Source of the DNA: Ectothiorhodospiraceae bacterium
GTDB taxonomy: Bacteria > Pseudomonadota > Gammaproteobacteria > SZUA-152
Length of the DNA: 64,000 nucleotides
Assembly (NCBI GenBank): GCA_002401775.2
Contig: NVUB02000027.1
Location: 11,249-75,248 of the forward strand
Direction of reading: 5' to 3'
Below the pieces are notes generated by a model. That model did no database searches, had not been told where the DNA came from, and saw nothing but the letters and a program-made list of their open reading frames with translations. This document shows, piece after piece, positions 32,072 to 41,303 of the stretch. The position numbers were made by a program, and so were the translations under genes. Position 1 is the first letter of the stretch; every line of letters begins with the position of its first letter.

Positions 32072-32797
32072 TTAAAAAATCACGCCAACCTCGAATTTAA
32101 CCACGGCGGCGTTGGGATAATATTTCAATATGCTTTCAACATCTTCGATATCATCTTTGTCTTCTTGAGAGTCTGCGAACCTGGAGGCGCTTGTGATTAC
32201 TTTTCCGTCATAAGGAATATCCAGCGAAAACCAATCGACGGCGACGGTATATTTTCGTTTAAAGTGCCACTGGTTACCAAAACCAAAACGGATGAACTTT
32301 GATTCAAATTCAGACGCGGTTTCGGAATAATTAGTGGTAACCAGGTCAAATAAATCCCTGGCGAACCTTATCTCTGTCGATCTTTTACCAATGCCAAATT
32401 TAACATTAAAGCTATTACCAAAAAATCGCCGCGCTTGTATCGCGTAAGTTCTTTCCTGGATTTCTCCAAATTCAACGGAAAACAGGCCAAGGGCTTTATT
32501 GCTGCGCAAATAATCAACCCCAATCATCCAGTTTCCATTGATTATATAATTCGCATTCACGCCCCACGCGAGTGGAAATGGAAAGTTGGCCGGCGATATA
32601 TTGAGGTTAAGCGCTATATTTTTATCTTCTCGGAGATCCCGGTCTTCTTTCTTCGATAAGTTTTCTTGCACTGCACTCGATGCCTTTTTTGTGCTTATTT
32701 TAATATCATTCCAAAGCTCACCACCTTGTACTGAACTTGCTAAAACTAGCATCATCAAAACAGCGATACTTCTCATAAAAACAACAATACTCCTCAT
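32072..32797 (-). CDS. putative outer-membrane beta-barrel protein
   Basis: Signal peptide MRSIVVFMRSIAVLMMLVLASSVQG, alternating-hydrophobic strands, and a C-terminal ...KFEVGVIF ending in Phe. The start ATG 32797 has AAGGAA upstream. Confidence 0.6.
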   Translation of the reverse strand: MRSIVVFMRSIAVLMMLVLASSVQGGELWNDIKISTKKASSAVQENLSKKEDRDLREDKNIALNLNISPANFPFPLAWGVNANYIINGNWMIGVDYLRSNKALGLFSVEFGEIQERTYAIQARRFFGNSFNVKFGIGKRSTEIRFARDLFDLVTTNYSETASEFESKFIRFGFGNQWHFKRKYTVAVDWFSLDIPYDGKVITSASRFADSQEDKDDIEDVESILKYYPNAAVVKFEVGVIF

Positions 32798-32878
32798 ACT
32801 TAAAATTTCCTTATTATAGTTATATAACCGCACGGTGATTTTTTACCCGAGAACGAACGAATGATGATGAAAAAACCA

Positions 32879-33601
32879 TTAATCCGAAAAATAAATGTCC
32901 CCAAAATAGGCCGTTGCGGCCTGTCCGGTGTTGTCGCCATCGATCATTACGGCGATGGCATCTATTTTTTTCACGTCCTCGCCGAAAAATCGTTTTAAGT
33001 CTTCGCGTACGTTTCGGCGTTCTTGTACCCATTGCCCAAGCTGTTTTTCACCTGAGCGTACCGCTAGCATTTTTGCATTGCCGGTAAAGGCATTAGGCCA
33101 TTCACTGCCTTGTGGCTGATTGCTGGACCATACGTAATTAATCGCTTTGGTATTCCAGAAAAAAACGCCGCCCGATACTACGACATAAATACGTGCGGGG
33201 TAATCATCGCCTTTTTTACTGTGCTCGTCGTTACCCTTAAACAGGCTTTGCACTTGCCAAGACCAGTTGATGTACGGTGTTTTTGTTAAGTCGATACTGA
33301 CTTCTTTAAATAAGCCGGATGCCTGGCCATCGGTACTGGCCTGTAAAACTTGTTTGTCACCTTTTAACTTATCGCTTTTGATGCCCGCCTTTTGCACGCT
33401 AACAAACTGATACTGACTATTGCCCTCGAAAGATTTTTCTTCCCAGTCCACCAGATCCCCCTGACTGAAATTAGCCACTTCATATTTCAGTCCATCGCCC
33501 GCAATCAATGCGGAAGATACAAGCACGGTTAACGCAAATGCACTTGTTTTCAATAAAGGCACATTCAATAAAGACGCTTTCTTAAAAGAAAAGGGTCGCA
33601 T
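32879..33601 (-). CDS. DUF3047 domain-containing protein
   Basis: Signal peptide, then DDYPARIYVVV...INYVWSS...AIAVMIDGDNTG, which matches the remembered DUF3047 pattern. ATG 33601 avoids overlap with the malic enzyme gene. Confidence 0.75.
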   Translation of the reverse strand: MRPFSFKKASLLNVPLLKTSAFALTVLVSSALIAGDGLKYEVANFSQGDLVDWEEKSFEGNSQYQFVSVQKAGIKSDKLKGDKQVLQASTDGQASGLFKEVSIDLTKTPYINWSWQVQSLFKGNDEHSKKGDDYPARIYVVVSGGVFFWNTKAINYVWSSNQPQGSEWPNAFTGNAKMLAVRSGEKQLGQWVQERRNVREDLKRFFGEDVKKIDAIAVMIDGDNTGQAATAYFGDIYFSD

Positions 33602-33614
33602 TCGTTTTTGTCCG

Positions 33615-34883
33615 TTAATCGGTAATTTCAGGATAATCCGCAGGGTACGGTAACTGCGCAACACCGCTTTCCACGGCAGCCTTGGCAACGGCTGATGCGA
33701 CAAATTCCAACAGTCTTGGGTGGAAGGGTTTTGGAATGATGTAATCCGGCCCGAAGGACATTTCAGTTACTCCGTAGGCTTCACACACTTCCATCGGTAC
33801 TGGCTCGTGGGTTAATTTTTGCAATGCATGTACTGCTGCAATCATCATGTCTTCATTGATGCGGCGCGCGCGCACGTCCAATGCCCCACGGAAGATAAAG
33901 GGGAAGCCAAGCACGTTGTTGACCTGGTTAGGGTGATCACTGCGGCCCGTTGCCATAATCATGTCATCACGGACTTTATGCGCCAACTCAGGTGAAATTT
34001 CCGGATCAGGATTGGAAAGCGCAAATACGATGGGTTTAGGCGCCATCGCCAGTAGTGCTTCTTCATTCAACAGATTGGCACCGGAGACGCCGATGAACAC
34101 ATCGGCTCCAGCCATGGCTTCCAGCAAGGTATTTTTACTGGTGTCTTCAGTGGCGAAGGCCCATTTATACGGATTGAGTCCTTTTCGGTCCGTATGTAGC
34201 ACGCCCTTGCGATCTAACATTAAGATGTTGTCGCGATGTGCGCCAAGGGATACCAACAGTCGCATAGAGGCAATACCGGCAGAGCCTGCACCCAGGCAAA
34301 CGATTTTGGCATCGCCAATGGTTTTACCCTGGATTTGCAAGGCATTAAGCAGGCCTGCCGCAACAATAATAGCGGTGCCGTGCTGGTCATCATGAAACAC
34401 GGGAATATCCAGCTGGTCGATGAGCGTTTGCTCGATCTCGAAACAACGCGGAGCAGCGATATCTTCCAAATTGATGCCACCGAAAGTAGGGGCGATTGCG
34501 GCAACGGTGGTAATAAATTCTGCGGTGCTGGATGCATTCACTTCGATATCAAACACATCGATATCGGCAAACTTTTTAAATAACACGCCCTTGCCTTCCA
34601 TCACTGGCTTGGCTGCCAGTGCACCGGTATTTCCCAGCCCCAGCACCGCACTGCCATCGGTCACAACACCCACCAGATTACCCTTGGCGGTGTACTTGTA
34701 GGCCGCCTCTGGGTCCTCGGCAATGGCGCGTACTGGCTCGGCAACACCCGGCGTATAGGCCAGCGATAAATCATGTTGAGTGTCGCAGGCTTTGGTAATT
34801 TGAATCGCGATCTTACCGGGGCGTCCGCCGTCCTTTGTCGCTGCGTGGTAATCCAGGGCTTTTTGTTTCATGTCATCACTCAT
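33615..34883 (-). CDS. NAD(P)-dependent malic enzyme (short form, 422 aa)
   Basis: LSLAYTPGVAEPVR, VVTDGSAVLGLGN and CLGAGSAGIA motifs typical of malic enzymes. There is no PTA-like C-terminal domain. Confidence 0.92.
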   Translation of the reverse strand: MSDDMKQKALDYHAATKDGGRPGKIAIQITKACDTQHDLSLAYTPGVAEPVRAIAEDPEAAYKYTAKGNLVGVVTDGSAVLGLGNTGALAAKPVMEGKGVLFKKFADIDVFDIEVNASSTAEFITTVAAIAPTFGGINLEDIAAPRCFEIEQTLIDQLDIPVFHDDQHGTAIIVAAGLLNALQIQGKTIGDAKIVCLGAGSAGIASMRLLVSLGAHRDNILMLDRKGVLHTDRKGLNPYKWAFATEDTSKNTLLEAMAGADVFIGVSGANLLNEEALLAMAPKPIVFALSNPDPEISPELAHKVRDDMIMATGRSDHPNQVNNVLGFPFIFRGALDVRARRINEDMMIAAVHALQKLTHEPVPMEVCEAYGVTEMSFGPDYIIPKPFHPRLLEFVASAVAKAAVESGVAQLPYPADYPEITD

Positions 34884-34999
34884 AATTGTTAATCGGGTAC
34901 TGAATTTGGAATGTTAATAGATCCACCGCTTATCATAGCGGCCTTCGACTTGCCCGTCTGCACTGTTGAACCCACATGAATACAGGCTGACTCAGTCAA

Positions 35000-35809
35000 T
35001 TATGGCTTTACTTCGAGGCTGGCGGGGTGACGTACACGCATCACTAACTGCTTTTTGTAGGTGTACATCCAGCCACGCACCGTTACCGTTTTGTTCGGTA
35101 AAAAACGCGACAGTGCTTGTTTCTGGGAATTTGTTGGCCAGCCTTCGTATAATTTTATATCTTTGTGCGAAATACGCACCGCAAAACCTTCACGCGGCGC
35201 TTCGCCGGGGCGACGGGGGAAATTGATCCAGAGCGAACGCTTACTCTTCCCAACTCGCGTTACGCGCCCCGTTATTATTCGAAAACCTCGCGTATCCCTC
35301 GGCAGTTGTTCCACGGGAACGGGCTGATAAATACCTCGCCACACGCCTTTATTGGTCTGGCGGGCAATACGCTCTGCCGCCCGATAACATTCCAGATGCT
35401 CTACATTGGGGGGCACGACAATCTGCGCGCCCCAGCCTTGTTTCAGCATGTATTCCTCTACGCTTTTACCATCCGGTAAATACACGTGCGCCAGCAGTCG
35501 TCCATAACGGTCGTGTTTTTCCTGTCCGTATTGCAGTCCGATTTCAGGACGGCTTTTACCATTGGCGCCTAAAAATCGCTTGAGAGCGGCGCCCGCTTTT
35601 CGTGCCAATGGCTCAGAAGGCTTGCCCTTGCGTCCAATTTCTGGGGTATTAATACCGATTAACCGAACCGAGCGTCCATCCGACAATCGCACCGTATCGC
35701 CGTCAATAACCTGTGCCACCGTCGCGGTTTCATCTACCGGCCCGCCAGCACAGCCTAAGCCCGCCGCCATAGCACTGCTGGCAAACGCGGCACAAAGCAG
35801 TAAACTCAT
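35000..35809 (-). CDS. thermonuclease (SNase) family protein, secreted
   Basis: Signal peptide MSLLLCAAFASSAMA, then VIDGDTVRLSDGRSVRLIGINTPE, typical of staphylococcal-nuclease homologues. The start lies downstream of the rpmE terminator. Confidence 0.8.
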   Translation of the reverse strand: MSLLLCAAFASSAMAAGLGCAGGPVDETATVAQVIDGDTVRLSDGRSVRLIGINTPEIGRKGKPSEPLARKAGAALKRFLGANGKSRPEIGLQYGQEKHDRYGRLLAHVYLPDGKSVEEYMLKQGWGAQIVVPPNVEHLECYRAAERIARQTNKGVWRGIYQPVPVEQLPRDTRGFRIITGRVTRVGKSKRSLWINFPRRPGEAPREGFAVRISHKDIKLYEGWPTNSQKQALSRFLPNKTVTVRGWMYTYKKQLVMRVRHPASLEVKP

Positions 35810-35819
35810 AAACAGACAA

Positions 35820-35860
35820 GCAACAAAAAGGGCGTCCCATGGGGACGCCCTTTTTGTTGC
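35820..35860 (-). terminator. terminator hairpin after rpmE
   Basis: gcaacaaaaagggcgtccc at ggggacgccctttttgttgc is a perfect 19-bp stem flanked by A/T runs on both sides. Confidence 0.8.
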
Positions 35861-35949
35861 TTCATGAACTGCTACACGATCCAACAGCGTTACCGTATCA
35901 GCTGGCCAACTTACAAGCCGGCAGCCAATACGCATGAGCAAATCGGGAT

Positions 35950-36156
35950 TTATTTCGTGCCATACTTCTGACGGAACTTATCAACACGGCCGCCCGTATC
36001 AACAATTTTCTGTTTGCCAGTGTAGAAAGGGTGGCATGATGAACATACGTCCAACGTCAGCTCTTTCTTTTCCATCGTGGAACGGGTTTCAAAGGTATTC
36101 CCGCAGCTACATTTCACTGAAATCTCGTGGTAAGCGGGATGAATTTCCGATTTCAT
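35950..36156 (-). CDS. rpmE: 50S ribosomal protein L31
   Basis: [27 protein letters not shown]...[13 protein letters not shown], the canonical L31 sequence. Confidence 0.95.
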   Translation of the reverse strand: MKSEIHPAYHEISVKCSCGNTFETRSTMEKKELTLDVCSSCHPFYTGKQKIVDTGGRVDKFRQKYGTK

Positions 36157-36438
36157 GCTATCAACCTCAAATCTGTTCGTTAAATATGCGAATTTGTTCG
36201 TAAATAGACGAACCAACAGTCATGCAACAGCCACAAAGCCTGAAGGTACGCTTTCGAGCCGCGCATTTTAAGGGACTTTTACCAATACAGCAAGCCACTA
36301 AACACAACTACCCGCAATTACAAACAACTATTTTGTGAACTCGTTGTAAATACGCCCAATATAGCGTCGTATATCACGAATTCAATGATTAGTACCTATC
36401 GGTACAAAATAGTTCACTCATGCGTAAAGTTATTTCAA

Positions 36439-36783
36439 CTACGCCAAAACCCTCATCCGTGTACCAAGACTGTGCGACAGGGTAATTTCTTCCACAGACA
36501 ACGACTTAGGAAACAATGCACCGGATATTTTGGCGGTGTGAATACTTGCCCCCGCCAATTTACAATTCGAAAAATCGATGCCACGCAAATCTGCTTGGCG
36601 AAAATAAGCGCCCGAAAGATCCAAGCCAGCAGGTTCCCAGCCAAATAACTCAAGTCCACGAAAATCTGCATTAGTCAGATCACAGGCCTCACCTGCCGCC
36701 CAGCGACGATTAAAATCGCCAACATTGCCCTGGCGAAGCAACACATAAAGAGGATCATCATTTTTGATCATGGGTGCTGGCAT
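36439..36783 (-). CDS. pentapeptide repeat protein
   Basis: Runs of A(D/N)LxG-type pentapeptides (DLTNADFRGLELFG...DLSGAYFRQADLRGIDFSNCKLAGASI). Confidence 0.8.
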   Translation of the reverse strand: MPAPMIKNDDPLYVLLRQGNVGDFNRRWAAGEACDLTNADFRGLELFGWEPAGLDLSGAYFRQADLRGIDFSNCKLAGASIHTAKISGALFPKSLSVEEITLSHSLGTRMRVLA

Positions 36784-36840
36784 AGTGCGCCTCCTAGTTT
36801 AAAACCGTTGATAGGTAATCTGTACCTGAGTATTGTCGCT

Positions 36841-37623
36841 TTACACCGGGTTGTCGATATCAACAAATTCAAAGGACACGCCAAATTTTTCGGCAAGATG
36901 CCCCCCCAAGGCCTGCACTCCGCCTCGCTCAGTGGCGTGATGCCCAGCGCTGAAAAAATGGATGCCTAGCTCACGGGCAACATGTACCGTTTGTTCTGAA
37001 ATTTCACCCGTTAAAAAAGCATCCACACCCAGTGCAGCTGCTTGCTCAAGATAACTTTGCGCAGCCCCAGTACACCAGGCGATAGTGTGTATTTCATCGC
37101 CGCCCTCGCGCGCGTGCTCAAGCCCACCGTTAATATGCAACGGCTTACGGCCCAGTTTATGGGCTAGCCGCTCAGCAAACGCCTTCGCGCTTAGTGGCTG
37201 CTCCAGTCGACCATATTGACCAATATCGACCCCGCCGCTCCCTCCACCAAAGCTACCGTCCACTTGCAGCCCCAATAATTGTGCCAACTGTGCGTTATTG
37301 CCCAACTCAGGATGTGCATCCAGGGGCAAATGGTAAGCCAACAAGTTAATATCATTTGCCAACAACGCGCCTAATCGCTGCTTTTTCATGCCCGTAACGC
37401 AGGCAGACTCTCCCTTCCAAAAATATCCGTGATGCACTAAAAGCGCATCTGCACCCTTTTGCACGGCCGCATCCACCAATGCCTGACAGGCCGTCACTCC
37501 GCCGATGATCGTTTTAATCTCGCCACGCCCTTCTACCTGCAAGCCATTAGGGGCGTAGTCAGAAAAGGTGTTTACCGTGAGTAAATCTGCCAAATAAGCC
37601 ACTAATTTATCGCGCTGAATCAT
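36841..37623 (-). CDS. Nif3-like dinuclear metal centre protein (YbgI family)
   Basis: DYAPNGLQVEG...ADALLVHHGYFWK...HHATE pattern, 260 aa. Confidence 0.9.
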   Translation of the reverse strand: MIQRDKLVAYLADLLTVNTFSDYAPNGLQVEGRGEIKTIIGGVTACQALVDAAVQKGADALLVHHGYFWKGESACVTGMKKQRLGALLANDINLLAYHLPLDAHPELGNNAQLAQLLGLQVDGSFGGGSGGVDIGQYGRLEQPLSAKAFAERLAHKLGRKPLHINGGLEHAREGGDEIHTIAWCTGAAQSYLEQAAALGVDAFLTGEISEQTVHVARELGIHFFSAGHHATERGGVQALGGHLAEKFGVSFEFVDIDNPV

Positions 37624-37841
37624 TTATTTCTTCCTCGTCCTTCTACAACGTGCCCACATTCACGCAGGTACGCATCAATAATCGTCGTAAATATTGTGAT
37701 TTTTCCCAAAGAAAAGAGCAACAGACTAATGAATTATCAGGAAAAAGATACCCTGTGTGCAAAAGCAATATGTCTGAAAATAATTATGCAACGATTAATA
37801 TCCGAAACCAACGTCGAAAAGCCGTGGTATTATTTCGCCCC

Positions 37842-39032
37842 ATGAACACCCCTAATACAGATAACCACAATCCCTTCATGTTTATTTTAAAAGCCACCAT
37901 CGTTGGCTTGGCGGCGGCATTCGTCATTTTAATATTCCGCCCGGACCTGTTGGGTATGCAAACATCCACACCACAACGGCCCGTCGTCGAACTCAAACAA
38001 AGCCCTTCAGTCGCCACCCAGCCCGGCGGATTTGGTTATGGCCCAGTGTCTTATGCCCAGGCCGTTAATGCGGCCGCCCCTGCGGTGGTGAATGTTTACA
38101 CCACCAAGGTCATCACTGAGCGGGCCAACCCCTTATTGCGTTACTTTTTCGGCGACCAATACACCCCGCGCCAACATTTGGAAAGCAGCCTTGGCTCTGG
38201 CGTTATCGTCAGCGACACCGGCTTTATCATCACCAATAATCACGTCATCGACGGTGCAGCAGGCATTGAAGTGCTGTTGCGCGACGGCCGCAGTGCCGAG
38301 GCCAAACTGGTCGGCACCGACCCGGAAACCGACGTCGCCATACTGAAAATCGATCTTGATAACGTGCCCAGCATTACCTTTAACATGGCAGGCGGCATGC
38401 GCGTGGGTGACGTCGTGCTCGCCATTGGCAACCCCTTTGGCGTGGGCCAAACCGTCACCATGGGCATTATTAGCGCCACAGGGCGAGACCAGGTCGGCAT
38501 CAGCACCTTTGAAAGCTTCATCCAGACCGATGCCGCGATTAACCCCGGTAATTCCGGAGGAGCTCTCATCGACGCTTACGGTAATCTGGTGGGCATCAAC
38601 ACCGCCATCTTTACAAAGTCTGGCGGCTCACAAGGCATCGGCTTCGCCATCCCCATGAGCATCGCCCGCAATGTCATGCAACAACTCATCGAAACCGGGC
38701 GCGTCTCCCGTGGCTGGCTGGGCGTGGAAACACAAGACATCACCCCGCAATTAGCAGAATCCTTCAGCCTGCAAAATATCACCGGTATCATCGTCGCAGG
38801 CATCCAGCGCAATGGCCCCGCCGCACAAGCCGGCCTCCGCCCCGGCGACATCATCCTGTCCATCAATGGCGAAGCCTCCGGCAACAGCAAAACCGTCATG
38901 AACCAAATTGCCCGCGTATCTCCCGGCGGAAAACTGCAAATGAAAATACTGCGCAACGGTAAAGAACTCGATACTCAGGCCATTGTCGGGGAGCGGCCAG
39001 CGCCACGTCGACAGCGGATGAACCGGGGTTAA
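37842..39032 (+). CDS. DegS/AlgW-type periplasmic serine endoprotease (one PDZ domain)
   Basis: N-terminal TM segment, catalytic motifs ITNNHVI, DVAILKI and GNSGGALI, and a single PDZ (GIIVAGIQRNGPAAQAGLRPGDIILSING). The start ATG 37842 precedes the TM helix. Confidence 0.9.
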   Translation: MNTPNTDNHNPFMFILKATIVGLAAAFVILIFRPDLLGMQTSTPQRPVVELKQSPSVATQPGGFGYGPVSYAQAVNAAAPAVVNVYTTKVITERANPLLRYFFGDQYTPRQHLESSLGSGVIVSDTGFIITNNHVIDGAAGIEVLLRDGRSAEAKLVGTDPETDVAILKIDLDNVPSITFNMAGGMRVGDVVLAIGNPFGVGQTVTMGIISATGRDQVGISTFESFIQTDAAINPGNSGGALIDAYGNLVGINTAIFTKSGGSQGIGFAIPMSIARNVMQQLIETGRVSRGWLGVETQDITPQLAESFSLQNITGIIVAGIQRNGPAAQAGLRPGDIILSINGEASGNSKTVMNQIARVSPGGKLQMKILRNGKELDTQAIVGERPAPRRQRMNRG

Positions 39033-39090
39033 CAAGCCCTCACAACAATTATTTATACACCACAAATGAATCACTCTAAAAGGAAATTAA

Positions 39091-39672
39091 ATGTATTACC
39101 GTATTATCCCCGCGCTACTCCTCTTATTAATTTTTAGTACTGCACAAGCCGACACTTTCTCATACCACTACCTGGGTGTTTTTAAAGATGATGGCGACAT
39201 TGACATAGGCAGAGGTCAAACTGTCGATGTGGATTTGATCGGCATTACTGGATCTATTCCTATAAATAAAACAGTATTCGCCACCGCATCATATGCAGAT
39301 GGAGACATTGAGGACAGCGTAGATATTGAAGCCTGGTCAATTGGTTTGGGCGCACACTTCCCGCTTAATCATACGACAGATTTTGTCGTCGGCATAAGTC
39401 ACAGCGAAGCAACGCTAAGCAATGGAAGTCAAAGCTTTACCGCTGACGGGGAAGACATCAGTCTCGGCCTCCGCGCTCAAGTGAATCCACAACTAGAAGT
39501 CTTTGCATATTACAGTATAGAAATTAGCAGCAGCGAAGGCGAGGAAGACAATAACTCAATAGGCTTTGGCGGGCTAATAAATATATCCCCCACGGTAGCG
39601 TTAGGTTTCGGCCTCGAAAAAAGCGATGACTTTGACTCCACCACAATAAATTTACGCGTGTATTTCGATTAA
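39091..39672 (+). CDS. putative small outer-membrane beta-barrel protein
   Basis: Signal peptide MYYRIIPALLLLLIFSTAQA followed by an alternating beta-strand pattern. No specific family was recognised. Confidence 0.6.
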   Translation: MYYRIIPALLLLLIFSTAQADTFSYHYLGVFKDDGDIDIGRGQTVDVDLIGITGSIPINKTVFATASYADGDIEDSVDIEAWSIGLGAHFPLNHTTDFVVGISHSEATLSNGSQSFTADGEDISLGLRAQVNPQLEVFAYYSIEISSSEGEEDNNSIGFGGLINISPTVALGFGLEKSDDFDSTTINLRVYFD

Positions 39673-39860
39673 ATCAAAAAATAACTTTTTCAAAAACACA
39701 GAAAAAGGGAAACAGCCTTCCTCTGTTATAGCGGTAGATTCAAGCGTCCATAAGGGGTCCGTCCATAAGGGGTCAGAGCCCTTTTAGTACTTTGGATAGA
39801 CCTAACGCCAAGGAAAAACTGGCCGGCCTTCCCAATATCCCCTAAACACATTCATTCCAA

Positions 39861-40130
39861 CTACGTCATAACCCCAATAAATTTAGTACCACTACCATGT
39901 TTGGGGTTACGATTAGGCCCCCGGCCACCTTTTTCTTCTCGAACAAGGGTGACCTTTTTACCTATTAAGCTTTGCTTAACTGGATAGCACTCAAATTCAA
40001 CAATTGCTCCAACTTTTAAATACTGGCATCGAACAAGATCTGATTTACGAACTAAGATGTCTGGGCCTGATCCATTGTCAAGAAACCCATATTCTTTATC
40101 TTTGAACCACTTTTTAACGACTGTTTGCAA
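39861..40130 (-). CDS. cold-shock-domain-like OB-fold protein with basic Gly-rich tail (paralogue 1)
   Basis: TTG start 5 nt after AGAGGTG. VVKKWFKDKEYGFLDNGSGPDILV...VGAIVEFE resembles the CspA pattern (KWFnxxKGFGFI...DvFvH...Gq.V.F). The tail is GGRGPNRNPKHGSGTKFIGVMT. Confidence 0.65.
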   Translation of the reverse strand: MQTVVKKWFKDKEYGFLDNGSGPDILVRKSDLVRCQYLKVGAIVEFECYPVKQSLIGKKVTLVREEKGGRGPNRNPKHGSGTKFIGVMT

Positions 40131-40187
40131 TTTACACCTCTAAAATTTAATAGTCTTTATTTAAACACCATTGGGTATAGCTCTGGA

Positions 40188-40613
40188 CTAGTCCTGAGCT
40201 ATACCCTCTTTTCTAGCACTAACAGCAAGACTGAAGGCTTTATCATTTCCATATTCTAAAATGGCAAATCTGCGCCGCTTTGGCTTTCTCTTTGCCCCTT
40301 CTCCTGACCGCCAGCTTGCTTCCCAGGAATAATAAGTCTCGCCATTTTTTCTGGTTGTTGATGTCATATGAACACCAATGACGCCACTGATATTATTGTC
40401 GCTGATAGTCTTTGGTGATCGCTTACCAGCAATCATAATCTTTTTGTCATGCTCTACCGCCATTTTGTCTCGATAAGCTTTAGCGGCAACCAATGCCTTG
40501 CGACTACTTCCGTAACCCGCGTACGTAAAATTACGGTTTACCAGCAGTATATATTTCAACTGCATCCTCACGGTATAACATTTAGATTTTTTGTTAAATG
40601 TTATGTAATGCAT
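40188..40613 (-). CDS. AP2-domain (AP2/ERF-like) DNA-binding protein
   Basis: GVIGVHMTSTTRKNGETYYSWEASWRSGEG...FAILEYGNDKAFSLAVSARKEG fits the AP2 pattern. A second, weaker AP2-like unit lies at the N-terminus. ATG 40613 has AGGA upstream; the TTG at 40631 is an alternative start. Confidence 0.6.
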   Translation of the reverse strand: MHYITFNKKSKCYTVRMQLKYILLVNRNFTYAGYGSSRKALVAAKAYRDKMAVEHDKKIMIAGKRSPKTISDNNISGVIGVHMTSTTRKNGETYYSWEASWRSGEGAKRKPKRRRFAILEYGNDKAFSLAVSARKEGIAQD

Positions 40614-40634
40614 TCCTATAACCTGTACCAATCA

Positions 40635-40832
40635 TCAATTAATGAGATGTTTCTGTATGCATTGTGGTTCCACTAAAACTCTGCCGACACCATCATCACT
40701 AAATTCAAAACTGTCAGCTTCCATGGAATGAGCAAGAGCGAGAAGCATTCTGGAAAGAACTTTACTCGCCTCTTCAGCGCCATGCTCTTTCGTGAATTCG
40801 CCCATATGTTTCGCTAACTCACTTTTAGTCAT
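40635..40832 (-). CDS. small acidic hypothetical protein (65 aa)
   Basis: The ORF is tightly coupled to the AP2 gene, with its stop 3-21 nt from the AP2 start. No family was recognised. Confidence 0.45.
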   Translation of the reverse strand: MTKSELAKHMGEFTKEHGAEEASKVLSRMLLALAHSMEADSFEFSDDGVGRVLVEPQCIQKHLIN

Positions 40833-40864
40833 ATCTGTACTTTTCCTATATCGACTTATACCGA

Positions 40865-41134
40865 CTAAGTCATAACCCCAATAAATTTAGTCCCGCCACT
40901 ATTTTTGGAGTTGTGATTAGGCCCTCGCCCACCTTTATTATCTCGAACAAGGGTTACTTTTTTAGCGATCAGGCCTCCTTTAACTGGATGGCACTCAAAC
41001 TCAACGGATACTCCAACCTTTAAATACTGGCACCGGACTAGGTCTACTTTACGAATTAAAATGTCTGGACCTGCTCCATTGTTGAGATATCCACACTCTT
41101 TATCTTTGAGCCACTTTTTAACTATAGCTTGCAA
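40865..41134 (-). CDS. cold-shock-domain-like OB-fold protein with basic Gly-rich tail (paralogue 2)
   Basis: Same architecture, the same TTG start after AGAGGTG, and the same C-terminal TKFIGVMT as 39861-40130. I estimate about 70% aa identity by eye. Confidence 0.65.
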   Translation of the reverse strand: MQAIVKKWLKDKECGYLNNGAGPDILIRKVDLVRCQYLKVGVSVEFECHPVKGGLIAKKVTLVRDNKGGRGPNHNSKNSGGTKFIGVMT

Positions 41135-41303
41135 TTTTCACCTCTATTACTTAATTGTCTATATTGTCTATATTGTAAACATCATTGGTGTCACTTTTTT
41201 TAAGAAATTTTGACGGTTTCAAAATCACCGTAAATTTCCACGTTTCTAAATTCTTCATTCATAGACTATTGACCATAACGCCACCATAAAATACACGCCT
41301 AGA

